DNA of 64,000 nucleotides from an uncultured Chloroflexia bacterium (GCA_963704145.1 CAVPHB010000002.1:1859-65858); one strand, 5' to 3'; positions 38,069-51,492 are shown, counted from the stretch's first letter. The notes: a model not told the origin generated them from the letters alone. A program made the numbers and translations.

Positions 38069-38886
38069 GTGAACGGCGGCGGTTCCGCGACGATGCTGCC
38101 CGCCTCGACGCTGCGCTGGCTGGGCGACGCCCAGGCGCTGCTGGAGCGCATCGTCGACGACGCAGGCCGACGCCATCGAGCAGGCCAGCCAGTGGTGTGC
38201 CGAGGCGATCGCCGCCGACGGGCTGGTCGCATCTGTTCGGCACGGGCCACTCGCGCATCCCGGTCGAGGAGATGTTCCCGCGCTACGGCTCGTATCCGGG
38301 CTGGAACCCGATGATCGAGCTGTCGATGACCTTCGTCGGCCAGGTGGTCGGCACGAACGGCCAGCGCCAGGCGATGTTCGTCGAGCGGACGCCCGGCCTG
38401 GCCGAGGTGATCCTGTCCAACTTCACCTTCGGCCCTGGCGACCTGATGATGATCTTCTCGGCCAGCGGCCTGAGCACGGTGCCGGTCGAGATGGCGCGCG
38501 GCGCGCGGGCGCGCGGCCTGCGTGTCATCGCGGTCACGTCCGTGGCGCAGTCGATGTCGTCTGAGCCGGACGAGGCGGCCGGCGCGCGGCTGCTCGATGA
38601 GGCTGACCTGGTGATCGACCTGTGCACGCCGGCGGCGGACGCACTAACGATGATCGATTATCTTGAGACACCGGTGGGCCCGGGCTCTACCATCGCTGCG
38701 GTCGCCATCGTCAACTCCATCAAGGTCCGCACCGCCGAGCTCCTCGTGGAGCGTCAGGCAATGCCGCCAGTCATCACGCGTAGCGCGGTGGTGGGTGAGG
38801 CTCGGTCGCGGGCTCTGTTCGACAAGGCATACCGGGAACACGCGCGGCGGATCGCGCGGGTTCTCGATCAACAAGGAGGTGAATGA
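38069..38886 (+). pseudogene. SIS-domain (UPF0309-type sugar isomerase-like) protein, 1 frame change near 38160
   Basis: GTG start. LFGTGHSRIPVEEMFPRYGSYPG and MMIFSASGLSTVPVEMARGARARGLRVIAVTS. The last 690 nt are intact. Confidence 0.7.
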
Positions 38887-38944
38887 CGCGCCAAGAAGGA
38901 CGCTCGACAATTCATCAAGCGACATTGAGGAGGATCTCTGACCA

Positions 38945-40180
<1,236 letters not shown>

Positions 40181-40187
40181 CCGATTT

Positions 40188-40223
40188 GGACGGCGGACGC
40201 CGGCTTGTCCGGCTCCGCCGTCC
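40188..40223 (+). terminator. Strong intercistronic stem-loop (attenuator or mRNA stabiliser) after the binding-protein gene
   Basis: GGACGGCGGA-CGCCGGCTTGTCCGGC-TCCGCCGTCC has perfect 10-bp outer arms plus an inner GCCGG/CCGGC stem. No U-tract follows. Confidence 0.5.
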
Positions 40224-40244
40224 AGTCCAATTCACTGGGAGCTG

Positions 40245-41786
40245 ATGAACGTCACGACCGAGTTGCTGCTCGAAGCGACCGGGATTACCAAGGCCTACGG
40301 CGCCGTCGTCGCGCTCAAGTCGCCTCGCTCGCCGTCAGGCCCGGCGAGGTCCATGCCCTGATGGGCGCCAACGGCGCCGGCAAGAGCACGCTGGTCAAGA
40401 TCCTGACCGGCGCGGTACGACCCGACAGCGGCCGCATCGTTGTCCGCGGACGCGAGCGGACCTCCCACTCGCCGGCCGAGGCACGGCGCAACGGCCTGAT
40501 CTCGCGTCTACCAGGAACCGGCGGTCATTCCCGACCTCGATATCCGCTCCAACCTGAGCCTGACCGACACACCCGTCGAGACCATTCCGGCACTGGCTGA
40601 ATGAGCTCGGCCTGGGCGATCTCGACCTGTCGAGCCTGGCGCGCCGGCTGCCGCTGGCCTCGCTGCGCATCGTCGATCTTGCCCGTGCACTGGCCATCGA
40701 GCCCGACGTGCTGCTGCTCGACGAGATCACCGCGGCGCTGCCGGCCAACCTGACCGAGCGCGTGCTGGAGATCATCCGCGCGCCCGCGCGGCGACAAGTG
40801 CGTCATCTTCATCTCGCACCGGCTGATCGAGATCGGCGCGGTGCTGCGATCGGGCGACGGTGCTGCGCGAGGGCGAGACCGTCGGCGTGGTCGACGTAGC
40901 CGCCGGCTCGGAGGACCGGATCGTCGAGCTGATGCTCGGCGAGAGCGCGGCTTCCCTCGGGAAGCGAGCGGCCGAGACGGCCGGGGCGGTGGCGCCGGCC
41001 ACGGAGCGGACGCCGCGCATCTCGGCACGCGAACCTGGGCCGATGGCCGGCTGCACGAGGCGTCATTTGATCTCTATCCGGGCGAGGTGCTGGGCGTCGT
41101 CGCGCTCGAAGGCCAGGGCCAGGACGAGCTGTTCGGCATCCTTTCCGGTGCTCAGCGCCCGACTGGCGGCACACTGCGGGTGGACGGCAGGCCCGCGTCC
41201 TTCGACCATCCAGCCGATGCCATCCGCGCCGGCTTCGTCTACGTGGCGGCCGACCGGGCGGAGGCGCTCCTGATGCAACGCTCGGTGCGCGAGAACATCG
41301 CGCTTGCCCAGCGGTGCACGCATCCGCAACTGGGGCTGGATCAACCTGGCCAAGGAGGGGCAGACCGTCGGCGACGCGGTCGAGAAGCTCCAGATCGACG
41401 CCCGCGCCGGCGGCGAGGTGCGCCGGCTGTCGGGCGGCAACCAGCAGAAGGTGACGATTGCTCGCTGGGTCGCCGGCGGCGTCAGGACGATGCTCTGCTT
41501 CGACCCCACGCGAGGCATCGACATCCGGACCAAGAACCAGATCTACCTGCTGCTGCGCGACCTCGCCCGAGCCGGAGCTGCAATCCTGCTCTACACGTCC
41601 GAATTGAAAGAGATCGAGCTGGTCTGCGACCGCGCGATCGTGATCTTCGGTGGCGAGGTGGTCGCCGAGCTGCCGGCGGCAGACGCTGACGAGGCGGCCC
41701 TGCTGCGTGCCGCCCACAACCTCAGCGCGGACGCGCCACTGCCCGAGGCAATGATCGCTCAGACGGCCACGGCGGCCGACGCATGA
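40245..41786 (+). pseudogene. Sugar ABC transporter ATP-binding protein (two NBDs, RbsA/MglA-like), multiple frame changes
   Basis: [65 protein letters not shown] and ILLYTSELKEIE sit in different frames. Confidence 0.8.
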
Positions 41787-42793
41787 GCGCAGCCGCCGCG
41801 AGCGCCGGCGAGGCCCGCGCGCGACCCGTTGACTTGCTCCGAGCGTGGGCGAGCAACAATTCTTGGACGCTGGGACTGCTGGTCTTCCTGGGCGTTCTGC
41901 TCGTGTTCACCAAGATCATTCAACTCGTCCTACGGCGTCACCGACGTGCAGGGCCTGGCGATCTCGGTCCTGCCGCTGGCCCTGGCGGCGGTCGCCCAGA
42001 CGGTCGTCGTCATCAGCGGCGGCATCGATCTTTCGATCGCCTCGGTCGATGGCCCTGACCAGTTGCGTCACCGCAGTGCTGATGGCAGGACCAGAGCCCG
42101 GAGGTGGGGGTGCGGTGGTCATCGCCGTGCTGCTGTTCGGGCTCGTCATCGGCGCCGTGAATGGCGCATTGGTGGTCGTCACGCGGGTGCCGGACATCGT
42201 CGTCACGCTGGCGATGGGTTTCGTCTGGGCCGGCATCGCGCTGCTCGTCCTGCACAGCACCGGGCGGCTCCACGGCACAGTGGCTGAAGGACCTGGTCAT
42301 CGGACCCTCGTCATCGAATGGATCCCCAAGGCCGCCGTTCGCTGCTCATCGTGTCGTGGCCATCGTCTGGATCCCGTCTGACGCGATCGCAGCTTGGGCT
42401 GTCGCTGTACGCCGTTGGTAGCAACCAGCTGGCGGCGTTCCGGAGCGGCGTATCGGTCGGCCGGACGAAGGTCATCTCGTACGTCCTCACCGGCTTCTTC
42501 GCCACGCTCGCCGGCCTCTCGCTGACCGCCAGCACGGGCATCGGCACGCCGGTTCCGGAGGCACCTACGTGCTGCTCGCCATCGCCGCCGTCGTCCTGGG
42601 CGGCGTCAGCCTGGCGGGTGGCGTCGGCGGCGTGCTCGGACCCATCGTCGCGGTGCTCGTGCTGCAGCTGATCCGCAACGACATGACATACCTGCGGGTC
42701 GATACCAACCTGGGCACGGTCGCCCAGGGCCTGATCCTCGTCGGCGTGCTGATGGTCGCTAACTACATCCAGATTCGCCGGCGCCGAGCATGA
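41783..42793 (+). pseudogene. Sugar ABC transporter permease (RbsC-like), multiple frame changes
   Basis: AVAQTVVVISGGIDLSI, VTRVPDIVVTLAMGFVWAG, LYAVGSNQLAAFRSGVSV and AIAAVVLGGVSLAGGVGGVLG sit in different frames. The start is coupled as ATGA. Confidence 0.75.
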
Positions 42794-43784
42794 CCGCCGC
42801 CGCAGCACCGATCGAACGCCGCGGTCGTTGGCGTGGCGCAAGCTGCTACGCGACCAGCCGCTCGATTCCGCTGAGCGTCCTGCTGGCGACGCTCGTTCTC
42901 ATCGTGTGGGCCGGTCAGCCCCTCAAGCCGCGACGCGGGCTGGGTCGGCGTGATCGTGCGCGCCGCGGTGCCGCTCGCCATCCTCGCCGGTTGCCAGACG
43001 CTGACGATGCTGACCGGCGGCATTGACCTGTCGGTCGGCTTCGTCGCCTCAATGGCCGGCTTCGTGACCGCAACATTCATCAACCAGCCGGGCGGCTGGC
43101 CGCTCGGCGTCGCCGTGGCGCTCAGCGCGGCGGTGCTCGTCGGACTCGTCAATGGCATCAGCGTGGGCGTCTTTCGCGTCCATCCGCTCATCGTGACCCT
43201 GGGCATGGGTCTGGTCGTGCTGGGCTTCTCGAACGTCTGGCAGCTGCGCATGCTCCAGACCGGCTCCGGCGATCCCGGTCGAGCTGCGCAGACCCTGGGC
43301 ACCGGCCTATGGGCCGACATCGTGCCGTACAGCCTGATCGTCTTCGTGCCGCTGCGCGGTCATCATCATCCTGGGATTGCGCCGTTCGGGCTACGGGCGA
43401 ATGCTCTATGCGCTGGGCGACAACCCCGTCGCCGCGCGCCTGTCGGGCGTCCGCTCATGGCAGGTCCTGCTCGTCCTGTACGTCATCTCGGCCGTGCTCG
43501 CCGCGATAGCCGGGCTGATCTACGCGGGCCTGAACCAGACGGCCAGCGTGAAGCTGGTGGCCGGCGAGCTGTTGCCTTCGGTCGCGGCCGCGGTCATCGG
43601 CGGCACGTCCATCCTGGGTGGCCGCGGCACGTTCACGGGCACGATCATGGGCGCGCTCATCCTGACCGTGCTCAGCGCCCTGCTGACGATCCTGCTGCTT
43701 GCCCGAACCGGTCCGCCAGATCGTCTTTGGCTCAATCGTGGTGCTCGTCGCTGCGGCCTACACGCGCGCGACCACCGAGTCTGA
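42790..43784 (+). pseudogene. Sugar ABC transporter permease (second), multiple frame changes
   Basis: CQTLTMLTGGIDLSVGFV, VHPLIVTLGMGLVVLG, LYALGDNPVAARLSGV and AAVIGGTSILGGRGTFTGT sit in different frames. Confidence 0.75.
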
Positions 43785-43787
43785 AAC

Positions 43788-44703
43788 GTGGGCCGGCGAG
43801 CGTTACTCGGCCTCGATCTCGGCGCCACCAACATTAAGTGCGCCATCGTTGACTGGGACGGCGACGCATGGAAGGTGGCTGATCGGGGCCAGCAGCCCAC
43901 GCCCAAGGGTGAGCCAGCTGAGGTCGTCGATCGACTCATCGCCATCGCCAGGGAAGTCATCGCCCAGGCGCCGGGCGCGAGCACCATCGGTATCGGGGTG
44001 CCGGGCTCTACTACCCGGAGAGTGGTGCGACCAGGTTCCTCGTCAATCTGCCGGGGGAATGGGACGGCGTGCCGGTGCGGCCGATGATCCGCGGAGCGCT
44101 GGGGCTGCCGACGCACCTGGTCAACGACGCGCGCGCTTTTGGTCTCGCCGAGCTGCGCCTGGGGGCGGGCCGCGGCGCGTCGTCGATGGTCGGCCTGACG
44201 CTGGGCACGGGCATCGGCGGCGTCGTCGCCATCGGCGGGCGCATCGTCCAGGGTCATGACGGGACCGCGGGCGAGCTGGGCCACCAGACGATCGACCCGG
44301 ACGGGCCTGACTGCAACTGCGGCAACAACGGCTGCCTGGAGGCGTTCGCCCGGGCAGACCGGCTGGCCGAGGCGTGCGGCGCATTGAACGCACGGGAGGC
44401 GATCGAGCGTGCGCGCGCCGGTGATGAGGCAGCGCTGGCCGGCCTGGCGTCGGTCGGCCGATGTCTCGGTATCGGCATCGCCAACATGGTCGTCGTGCTC
44501 ACGCCGGACAAGGTGGTCATCGGTGGCGGAAACGCCGCGGCCGGTGACCTGCTGCTCGATCCCATTCGGTCCGAGGTCGCGCGACGCGTCCATGTGACAT
44601 CTCTCGACAAGGTCACCATCGCGCTCGCCGAGCTGGGCACGTGGGCCGGCGCGATAGGTGCGGCGATCCACGGCGCGGAGACGGCGGAGGCGACGCCCCA
44701 TGA
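43788..44703 (+). pseudogene. ROK family sugar kinase, at least 2 frame changes
   Basis: LGLDLGATNIKCAIV, then in another frame LVNDARAFGLAE...GTGIGGVVA...GELGHQTIDPDGPDCNCGNNGCLE. The stop was inferred from an ATGA overlap with nagA. Confidence 0.7.
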
Positions 44704-45819
44704 CGGAGCGCATTACCGGCCGATTGATCCTGGAGGACCAGGTCGTCGCGGGAGCGCTGACGGTCGAGGACGGGCTGATCACCGACGTCCAGGCTGGGGC
44801 CGATGCCGCGGAAGGTGGCCCATACATCAGCCCCGGTTTTGTCGACGTCCACGTTCACGGTTGGGGCGGCCACTGCAGCGATGGGCGACCGCGCGGCACT
44901 CGACGGGATGGCGCGCGCCCTGTTGCGGCGCGGCGTCACGTCGTTCCTGCCGACGGCCGTGAGCGCGCCGCTGTCGACGCTGGGCGAGTTCGCGGAGCAG
45001 GTCCGCTCGTGGATGCCCTACGCGCCAGATGACGGTGCCGAGCCGCTCGGCTTCAACCTCGAGGGGCCGTTCCTCGCACAGGCGCGGCGCGGTGCGCACG
45101 ACCCGCCATCCTGCAGATCGCCGGCCGACGTGGCCAGCGAGCGCACTCGCCCCACTGCTTGAGGCGGCTACGTGTCTCACCATCGCGCCCGAGCTGCCCG
45201 GCGCGCTCGAGCTGATCGCGTGGCTGCGGGTCGGCCGGGGTGTGCGTGTCGGTCGGTCACTCGGTCGGCGACGCTCGAGCAGCGCGCGGGCGGCGTACGC
45301 GGCCGGCGCGACATCGACCACGCACCTGTTCAACGCGATGACCGGCGTCGACCACCGCGCCCCGGGCGTGGCGGTCGCGGCGCTGCTCGACGACCGCGTC
45401 TACATCGAGCTGATCGCCGACGGCGATCCACGTCGATCGCGAACTGTGGCCGCTCATTACGCGACTCAAGCCCGTCGAGCGGCTGCTGCTGGTCAGCGAC
45501 GCGATACCGCTCGCCGGCACGGGCGACGGGCGCGGCCGCCTTGGCTCGCTGGACATCGAGATTGTCGGGAGCGCGTCACGCTCGCCGGCACGGCACCCTG
45601 GCGGGATCGGTTCTTGCCCTCGACAAGGCGGTGCGCAACATGGTCGCCGCCGGTCTCGCGCTACCAGCCGCGGTCGCCGCGGCGACGCGCAACCCCTTGG
45701 AGATGCTCGGCATCAAGGATCGCGGCCGCCTCGCGCCCGGGCAGCGTGCGGATCTGGTCGAACTCGACACGGAACTCAACCTTCGCCGCGTGATGCGCGG
45801 CGGCGTCTGGGTCGCCTAG
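44700..45819 (+). pseudogene. nagA: N-acetylglucosamine-6-phosphate deacetylase, multiple frame changes
   Basis: ISPGFVDVHVHGWGGH, GVTSFLPT, GFNLEGPFL, THLFNAM, IELIADG and GRLAPGQRADLVELD sit in different frames. Confidence 0.75.
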
Positions 45820-48035
45820 CCGACCGGGGCCGTAGTCGGCTCCTTGCCGTTGACCGGTGCCTTCTCGGCTCGGCCATCAGCTCGTTCATGCGCACCTGGG
45901 TGTAGCCCGGCCCTACCGTTCGCTTGAGCTGGCCCAGGATATCGATCGGCAGGTCGTTGACGATCGCCCCATTGGGGTTGAAGAGCAGTTCCTGGTCCAC
46001 CGCGAGACCGAAGGCGGCCCCTTCCTTGACCGCGTGGTAGAGGTTGCGCGGCCTGACCGAGTCGCCCACGTTCAGGACGTGCACCCCGGCCGCACGAAGC
46101 TCGTTGTACAGCGCGAGTCTCCGGTCGCGTGTGGCAGGCGACCACGTCGTCCACCGCCAGGACGGTCCGGTTGAAATCCTTGTCCCGGAGCACCACCTCG
46201 CCGTCACGAATCTCATCCACAGTCGTGCTCGTGAGCACGGTCACCGGATGCTTGTAGGGCCGCGACGTGAGGACTTCCGCGTCCTCTGTGCGAACCGCTT
46301 GCGCAGCACGTACATGTGGATGACCTCGACAGTCGGCCGCGAATTCGCGGTTCTCGGTCACGATCGTGACTCTCTTGCCGATGTTGGCCAGGAACGCCGC
46401 CGTGTCGGTCGCGGCGTAGCTGTCACCCCACAGCAGAACTCGGTCGCCCAGCTTGCGCATCTTGCGCCCGCCCGGATGGCACTCGCAGGCGATCTTCGGA
46501 CAGGCCATCGATTCCTCGAACGGGCATCGACGCGCGATGCGTCGCCGACCACCGGCGGGCACGATACGACGCCGCACCGGTCGCGTTGAGCACGACGTCG
46601 AAGCCGCTTCAGCTCGTCGACGCTCGGGGCATGGTTGAGCCGGATCTCGACGTGCAGGTCGAGCAGCTGGTCGCGGATCCAGTCCAGGTACCAGCGCATC
46701 TTCTCCTTGCCCGGCACCAGGCAGACGTACTTCATCGCGCCGCCCAGCTCACCGGTCTTCTCGTAGAGCGTCACCAGGTGGCCGCGCTCGGTCGCGATGC
46801 GCGCCGCCTCCATGCCCGCCGGGCCGCCGCCCACGACGGCGACGTTGACCGGCTTCTCGGTCCGGGCCATGTCGGCGAACGCGGTGATTGCCGCAGGCCG
46901 GGTTGATCGAGCACGCGATCTCGTGCTTGGCCATGAGCGATTCCTGCCAGCAGCCGCCCAGGCACGAGATGCACTTGCGGATGGCCTTGACCCGGCCGTA
47001 GCGGGCCTTGACCGGCCAGTAGGGGTCGGCCAGCAGCTGCCGCGACAGGCCGACCAGGTCGGTCTTGCCCTCGGCCAGGATCTGCTCGCAGTACTCGGGC
47101 TCGCGCAGCGAGTGGGACGTGATGACCGGGACCTTGACAACCTTCTTGATCGCCTCGGCCGCGTACGTCGCCCAGCCCTGCGGGTAGTGCATCGGGTCGA
47201 ACCCGGCACCGGGGCTCTCCTGCATGCCCTGGCTCAGGTCGAGCGCGGCGACGCCGGCGCGCTCGAGGACGCGCGCCGTCTCCAGGCCTTCGTCCATGTC
47301 GCGACCGCCCGGACACCACTCCTCGAACGAGTAGCGCACGAGGATCGGGAAGGACTTGCCGCACTTCTTCTTGATCGAGTCGATCACCGCCAGCGGGAAG
47401 CGCATCCGGTTCTCGAAGCTGCCGCCGAAACGGTCGGTGCGCATGTTCAGGTACGGGCTCATGAACTCGGACAGCAGGTAGCCGTGCGCGGCGTGCAGCT
47501 CGACCGCGTCGAAGCCGGCCTGCTTGACTCGCCAGGCCGCCTCGCTGAACAGGTCGACCAGCTCGAGGATCTCGGGGATCGACGCCTCTCGAATCTCCTT
47601 GCCCTTCTCCTCGGCGTTCTCGTAGATGATCTCGTGCCCGGCCGACCAGGGCAGCTTCAGGACCCGATCGGTGGCGCCCAGCGTGTTGTAGCGCGGGATG
47701 GCGGACTGGCGGCCCGGATGCTGGAGCTGGACGGCGCACTTCGCGCCGTAGCGGTGCATCGATTCGGCCAGCCGGGCGAGGCCCGGCACGTAGTTGTCGC
47801 CGTCGGCCACGAGGCAGGTCACGGTCGGCCGGCCGGTCTTGGCGTCCGGCGTCGTGGCACCGACGATGATGAAGCCGGTGCCGCCGCGGGCGATGTCGGC
47901 GTGATGGTGGATGTCCCGCTCGCTTACCTCACCGTCGGCGTGCGACGAGCTGATGTCGGTCGGCACGTGAACGATGCGGTTGGGGAGCTCCATGTTGCCA
48001 AGCTGGAGGGGGCTGAAGAGATGTGGGTAGGTCAT
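45816..48035 (-). pseudogene. Old-yellow-enzyme-type NADH:flavin oxidoreductase fused to an FAD/NAD(P)-binding domain (2,4-dienoyl-CoA-reductase-like). The N-terminal ~380 aa are intact and the C-terminal half is frameshifted
   Basis: LFSPLQLGNMELPNRIVHVP, FDAVELHAAHGYLLSEFMSPYLNMRTDRFGGSFENRMRF and a CxxC iron-sulfur motif lie in the intact part. VAVVGGGPAGMEAA and later pieces are in shifted frames. Confidence 0.8.
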
Positions 48036-48241
48036 CGTGGTCGCTCCTGCTGGCGCGGTAGCTCTCGACCCCTCGATGCTCGGCCCACGACCCCGCCCCT
48101 GGCTACGTCCGGAGGAACCCCCGGCGACGGTCCGGATGGCCCTGTCCGCCGAACAGCCGAGCGGCGAAGGTCCGGTCATGTCGACGGCGACGAGCGTCAC
48201 GCTCCGTGCGGACGCGCGCACCCAAGGGACGTCAAGCCTCG

Positions 48242-49096
48242 ATGTGCCACGTGCGCGAGGCGCGAGCCGAGGATGCGCCGGAGGCCGGCCGGATCTGCTA
48301 CGAGGCGTTCGCGACGGTGGCCGACGAGCACGGGTTCGCGCACGACTTCCCAACGGTCGAGGCTGCCGCCGCGCCGATCCGCTGGATGATCGAGCACCCG
48401 CGCTTCCATGGCGTCGTGGCCGAGGCCGGCGGGCGCGTGGTCGGCAGCTCATTCCTCGACGAGCGCGGCACCATCCTCGGGATCGGTCCGGTGAGCGTCG
48501 ATCCGCAGGCCCAGAACCGGCGGGTGGGGCACGCTCTGATGGGCGCGATGCTGGCCCGTGCCGCGCACCATGCGGCACCCGGGGTGCGACTTCTCCAGCT
48601 TGCCTATCACAACCGTTCGCTGAGCCTGTACGCCGAGCTCGGCATGGACGTGCGCGGCTCGTTCGCCGCGATGTACGGCCGGCCGATCCGCGTCGCGCTG
48701 CCCGGCTACACGGTCCGGACCGCCACGCCTGCGGACGAGGCAGCCTGCAACGCGCTGTGCCTGTGCGTCCACGGCCACGCCCGCGCGGGCGAGGTGGCCG
48801 AGGCAATCGCGAACGGCAGTGCCAAGGTCGTCGAGCGGCTCGGACGGATCACCGGCTACACGACCGGCGTCACGTACTTCAGCCACTCGGTGGCCGAGAC
48901 GAGCGACGATCTGCGCGCGTTCATCGGCGCGGCGGACGACTACGGCACGCCCGGCTTCCTGGCCCCGCTGGCCGACGCCGACCTGTTGCGCTGGTGCCTG
49001 GGCTACGGCCTGCGCGTCTTCTTCGTGCTCAACATGATGACTCTCGGTCTGTACCAGGAACCGCTGGGCGCGTACATGCCGTCGGTCGGCTACTGA
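48242..49096 (+). CDS. GNAT family N-acetyltransferase
   Basis: VREARAEDAPEAGRI...GIGPVSVDPQAQNRRVGHALM acetyl-CoA-binding motif. Intact. Confidence 0.7.
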   Translation: MCHVREARAEDAPEAGRICYEAFATVADEHGFAHDFPTVEAAAAPIRWMIEHPRFHGVVAEAGGRVVGSSFLDERGTILGIGPVSVDPQAQNRRVGHALMGAMLARAAHHAAPGVRLLQLAYHNRSLSLYAELGMDVRGSFAAMYGRPIRVALPGYTVRTATPADEAACNALCLCVHGHARAGEVAEAIANGSAKVVERLGRITGYTTGVTYFSHSVAETSDDLRAFIGAADDYGTPGFLAPLADADLLRWCLGYGLRVFFVLNMMTLGLYQEPLGAYMPSVGY

Positions 49097-49192
49097 ACAG
49101 CGCGGCGGCAGCCGAGGCGCGCCATATCGGCAGCCTGTCTGCCCGCGGCGAAGGTGCTCGCCGGATGGCCCGCCGAGGCGGCAGCGCGATGG

Positions 49193-50002
49193 TCAGTCCC
49201 CGGAGCGCGGCGGCATGGCCGTGAACGTCCGGCCGACGTCGTTGATCATCCGCTCGGTCGCGGTCGTCATCACCTCCAGGTAGCGCTCGCCGAACTCCGC
49301 GGTCGCGTCGCGCGCGTCGCCCCACGTGCCCGAGCGCGTGGCGCGATGGACCGAGCCCGGCGAGGTGAAGAAGAACGCCGTGTGGACGGGGCCCGGGCTG
49401 GTGACGTCGGGGAAGGGCGGCATCTCGGCATTGGCCCGGTCCATGTCGACCAGCGCCGGGTTGATCGCCAGCATCGCCGACGTCTCGCCGCGGTTGGCGT
49501 GCAGGCCGTCCTCGGGACCGAAGAACTCGCTCGCCTCGTCGGCCGTCATGCCGTCCCAGTAGTTGACCGGGAAGCACGCGACCCCAGCGGGCAGGCGCGG
49601 CGCCGCGTTGGCACAGGCGTAGGCGATGGCGTAGGTGTTGTCGTAATGGCCGTTCAGAAAGACGACGCGCTTGAAGCCGACCGTCGCGAGCGAGACACAC
49701 AGGTCCTCGATCAGCGCCATGAAGGTCGGGATCCGGATGTGGACCACGCCCTTGAAGCCGGCGTGTGGGTAGGACAGCGAGTAGCAGATGGGCGGCGCGA
49801 CGAGCGCTTTGACGCGCGGCGCGACGCGACGCGCGACCTCCTGCGCGGCGAGCATGTCGGTCAGCAGCGGCCCGTGCGGGCCGTGCTGCTCGGTCGAACC
49901 GGTGGGCACGATGACCGTCGGGTGGACGTTCGGGCGATCCTTCAGGAACGCCTCGACCTCCGGGTTGGTCATCTCGCCCAGGAACACAGTCGCTGGCTTC
50001 AT
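49193..50002 (-). CDS. Creatininase family amidohydrolase
   Basis: PTGSTEQHGPHGPLLTD, FLNGHYDN and HANRGETS motifs. 269 aa, intact. Confidence 0.8.
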   Translation of the reverse strand: MKPATVFLGEMTNPEVEAFLKDRPNVHPTVIVPTGSTEQHGPHGPLLTDMLAAQEVARRVAPRVKALVAPPICYSLSYPHAGFKGVVHIRIPTFMALIEDLCVSLATVGFKRVVFLNGHYDNTYAIAYACANAAPRLPAGVACFPVNYWDGMTADEASEFFGPEDGLHANRGETSAMLAINPALVDMDRANAEMPPFPDVTSPGPVHTAFFFTSPGSVHRATRSGTWGDARDATAEFGERYLEVMTTATERMINDVGRTFTAMPPRSGD

Positions 50003-50029
50003 GTCTGGCGGTCCTCCTCCTTGCGCGGC

Positions 50030-50659
50030 TCAGGCGATGGTGTTGGTCAGGTCTCCGATGCCCTCGATCCAAGCTGTCATGACGTCCCCGGGCTGAAGAT
50101 GCCGGCCGGCGTCCGGGCCGATCCTGCCCGGGGTGCCGGTCGCAATCAGGTCGCCCGGTCGAAGCACGACGTGCGCGCCGAGATACGCGATCACTTCGGC
50201 GATCGAGAAGCGCATGTGCGACGTGCGCCCTTCCTGAACGGCCGCGCCGTTGACGGTGAAGCCCAGGCGCAGGTCGGCCGGGTCCAGGTCGCTGGCCGGC
50301 ACGATCCACGGACCGACGGGGCAGAAACCGGGCATCGACTTGCCCAGCAGCCACTGGTCGCCGTCGAGCCATGCATCCTGCGACGTCACGTCGTTGACGA
50401 TGGTGTAGCCGAGGACCGAGTTGGCGGCCCCGATGACGACGCCCAGCTCGCACTCGCCGTTGACATTGGCCGTCAGCGAGCGGTCCCAGGCGATGACGAA
50501 CCCGTGGCCGGTCAGCGATGACGACGCCTTGCCGTAGATCAGCGGCCGCTCCGGCCTCCGATCATCGACCATGGCTGGGTCGCGGTAGTTCAGGCCGACG
50601 GTGTAGACGGCACCGATCTCGACCTGTGGATGCTTACCCCCGCGGACGGGCAACTGCAT
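50030..50659 (-). CDS. Fumarylacetoacetate hydrolase family protein
   Basis: Contains ECELGVVIG, VNDVTSQD, KSMPGFCPVGPW and DLIATGTP. Intact. Confidence 0.8.
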   Translation of the reverse strand: MQLPVRGGKHPQVEIGAVYTVGLNYRDPAMVDDRRPERPLIYGKASSSLTGHGFVIAWDRSLTANVNGECELGVVIGAANSVLGYTIVNDVTSQDAWLDGDQWLLGKSMPGFCPVGPWIVPASDLDPADLRLGFTVNGAAVQEGRTSHMRFSIAEVIAYLGAHVVLRPGDLIATGTPGRIGPDAGRHLQPGDVMTAWIEGIGDLTNTIA

Positions 50660-50663
50660 CGGC

Positions 50664-51488
50664 TCAGGCCCGCGCGGCCGGGTCGGCGAGGAGCGGCTCC
50701 ACCGCGGCCCGCATCAGGTCGGCCATTCCGCCCACGCCAGTCCAGCGCTCGAACGCGATGGCCGCCTGAGCGATGAGCATCTCCGAACCGTTCGCGGCGC
50801 GCAGGCCGCGCGCCCGGGCAGCGGCGAGCAGCGGCGTCTCGAAGGGCACGTAGACGAGGTCGAAGACGGTCGCGCTGGCGGGCAGCTCGTCGACCGCGAC
50901 GGTCATCCCGGGCGCGAGCATGCCGACCGTCGTCGCATTGACCGCCAGATCGGCCGAGCGCAGAGCTGCCGCAAACTCGGGGCCGTCAAGGGCCACGGCG
51001 GATACCCCGTGCACAACGGCGGGCACGCTCCGGTTGCCCAGCGTCAGGCTGCGCACGCCGGCCTGCAGACATGCGAAGACCAGTGCATGGCCCGCGCCGC
51101 CGGCCCCGGCGACAACGACATCGAGACCGGTCAGCGAGCGTCCGAGCGCGAGCTCGACTCCGGCGCGAAAGCCGGGCGCATCGCTGTTGAAGCCGACCAG
51201 CCGGCCGGCGGCGGTGCGCACGACGTTGTTGACCGCGCCGATTTGTGCCGCGTCAGGCTCGACCTCGTCGAGCAGCTCGGCCACCAAGCGCTTGTACGGT
51301 GCGGTCACGCCCAGGCCCAGCCACTCCGGTCCGTGCGCCTCGGCCACAACGCGCTCGACCTCGCCCGGCTCGATCTCCATCAGCTCGTAACGGGCGTCGA
51401 TGCCGGCCGCCTCGAAAGCGGCATTGTGCATCACGGCCGAGTGGCGCCGCCGCAGCGGCTTGCCCAGCAGCGCGACGCGCCGGGTCAC
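50664..51488 (-). CDS. aroE: Shikimate/quinate 5-dehydrogenase family protein
   Basis: LLGKPLRRRHSAVMHNAAF...GLGVTAPYK...GAVNNV...GFNSDAPGF...VAGAGGAGHA. Intact. Confidence 0.75.
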   Translation of the reverse strand: MTRRVALLGKPLRRRHSAVMHNAAFEAAGIDARYELMEIEPGEVERVVAEAHGPEWLGLGVTAPYKRLVAELLDEVEPDAAQIGAVNNVVRTAAGRLVGFNSDAPGFRAGVELALGRSLTGLDVVVAGAGGAGHALVFACLQAGVRSLTLGNRSVPAVVHGVSAVALDGPEFAAALRSADLAVNATTVGMLAPGMTVAVDELPASATVFDLVYVPFETPLLAAARARGLRAANGSEMLIAQAAIAFERWTGVGGMADLMRAAVEPLLADPAARA

Positions 51489-51492
51489 GATG

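Noticed and set aside
46749-48806. 685-aa ORF extending the OYE-type reductase upstream to 48806
   Set aside because: The upstream ~255 aa are Arg/Pro/Ser-rich junk overlapping the divergent GNAT gene. The conserved protein starts at MTYPHLFSPLQLG (48035).
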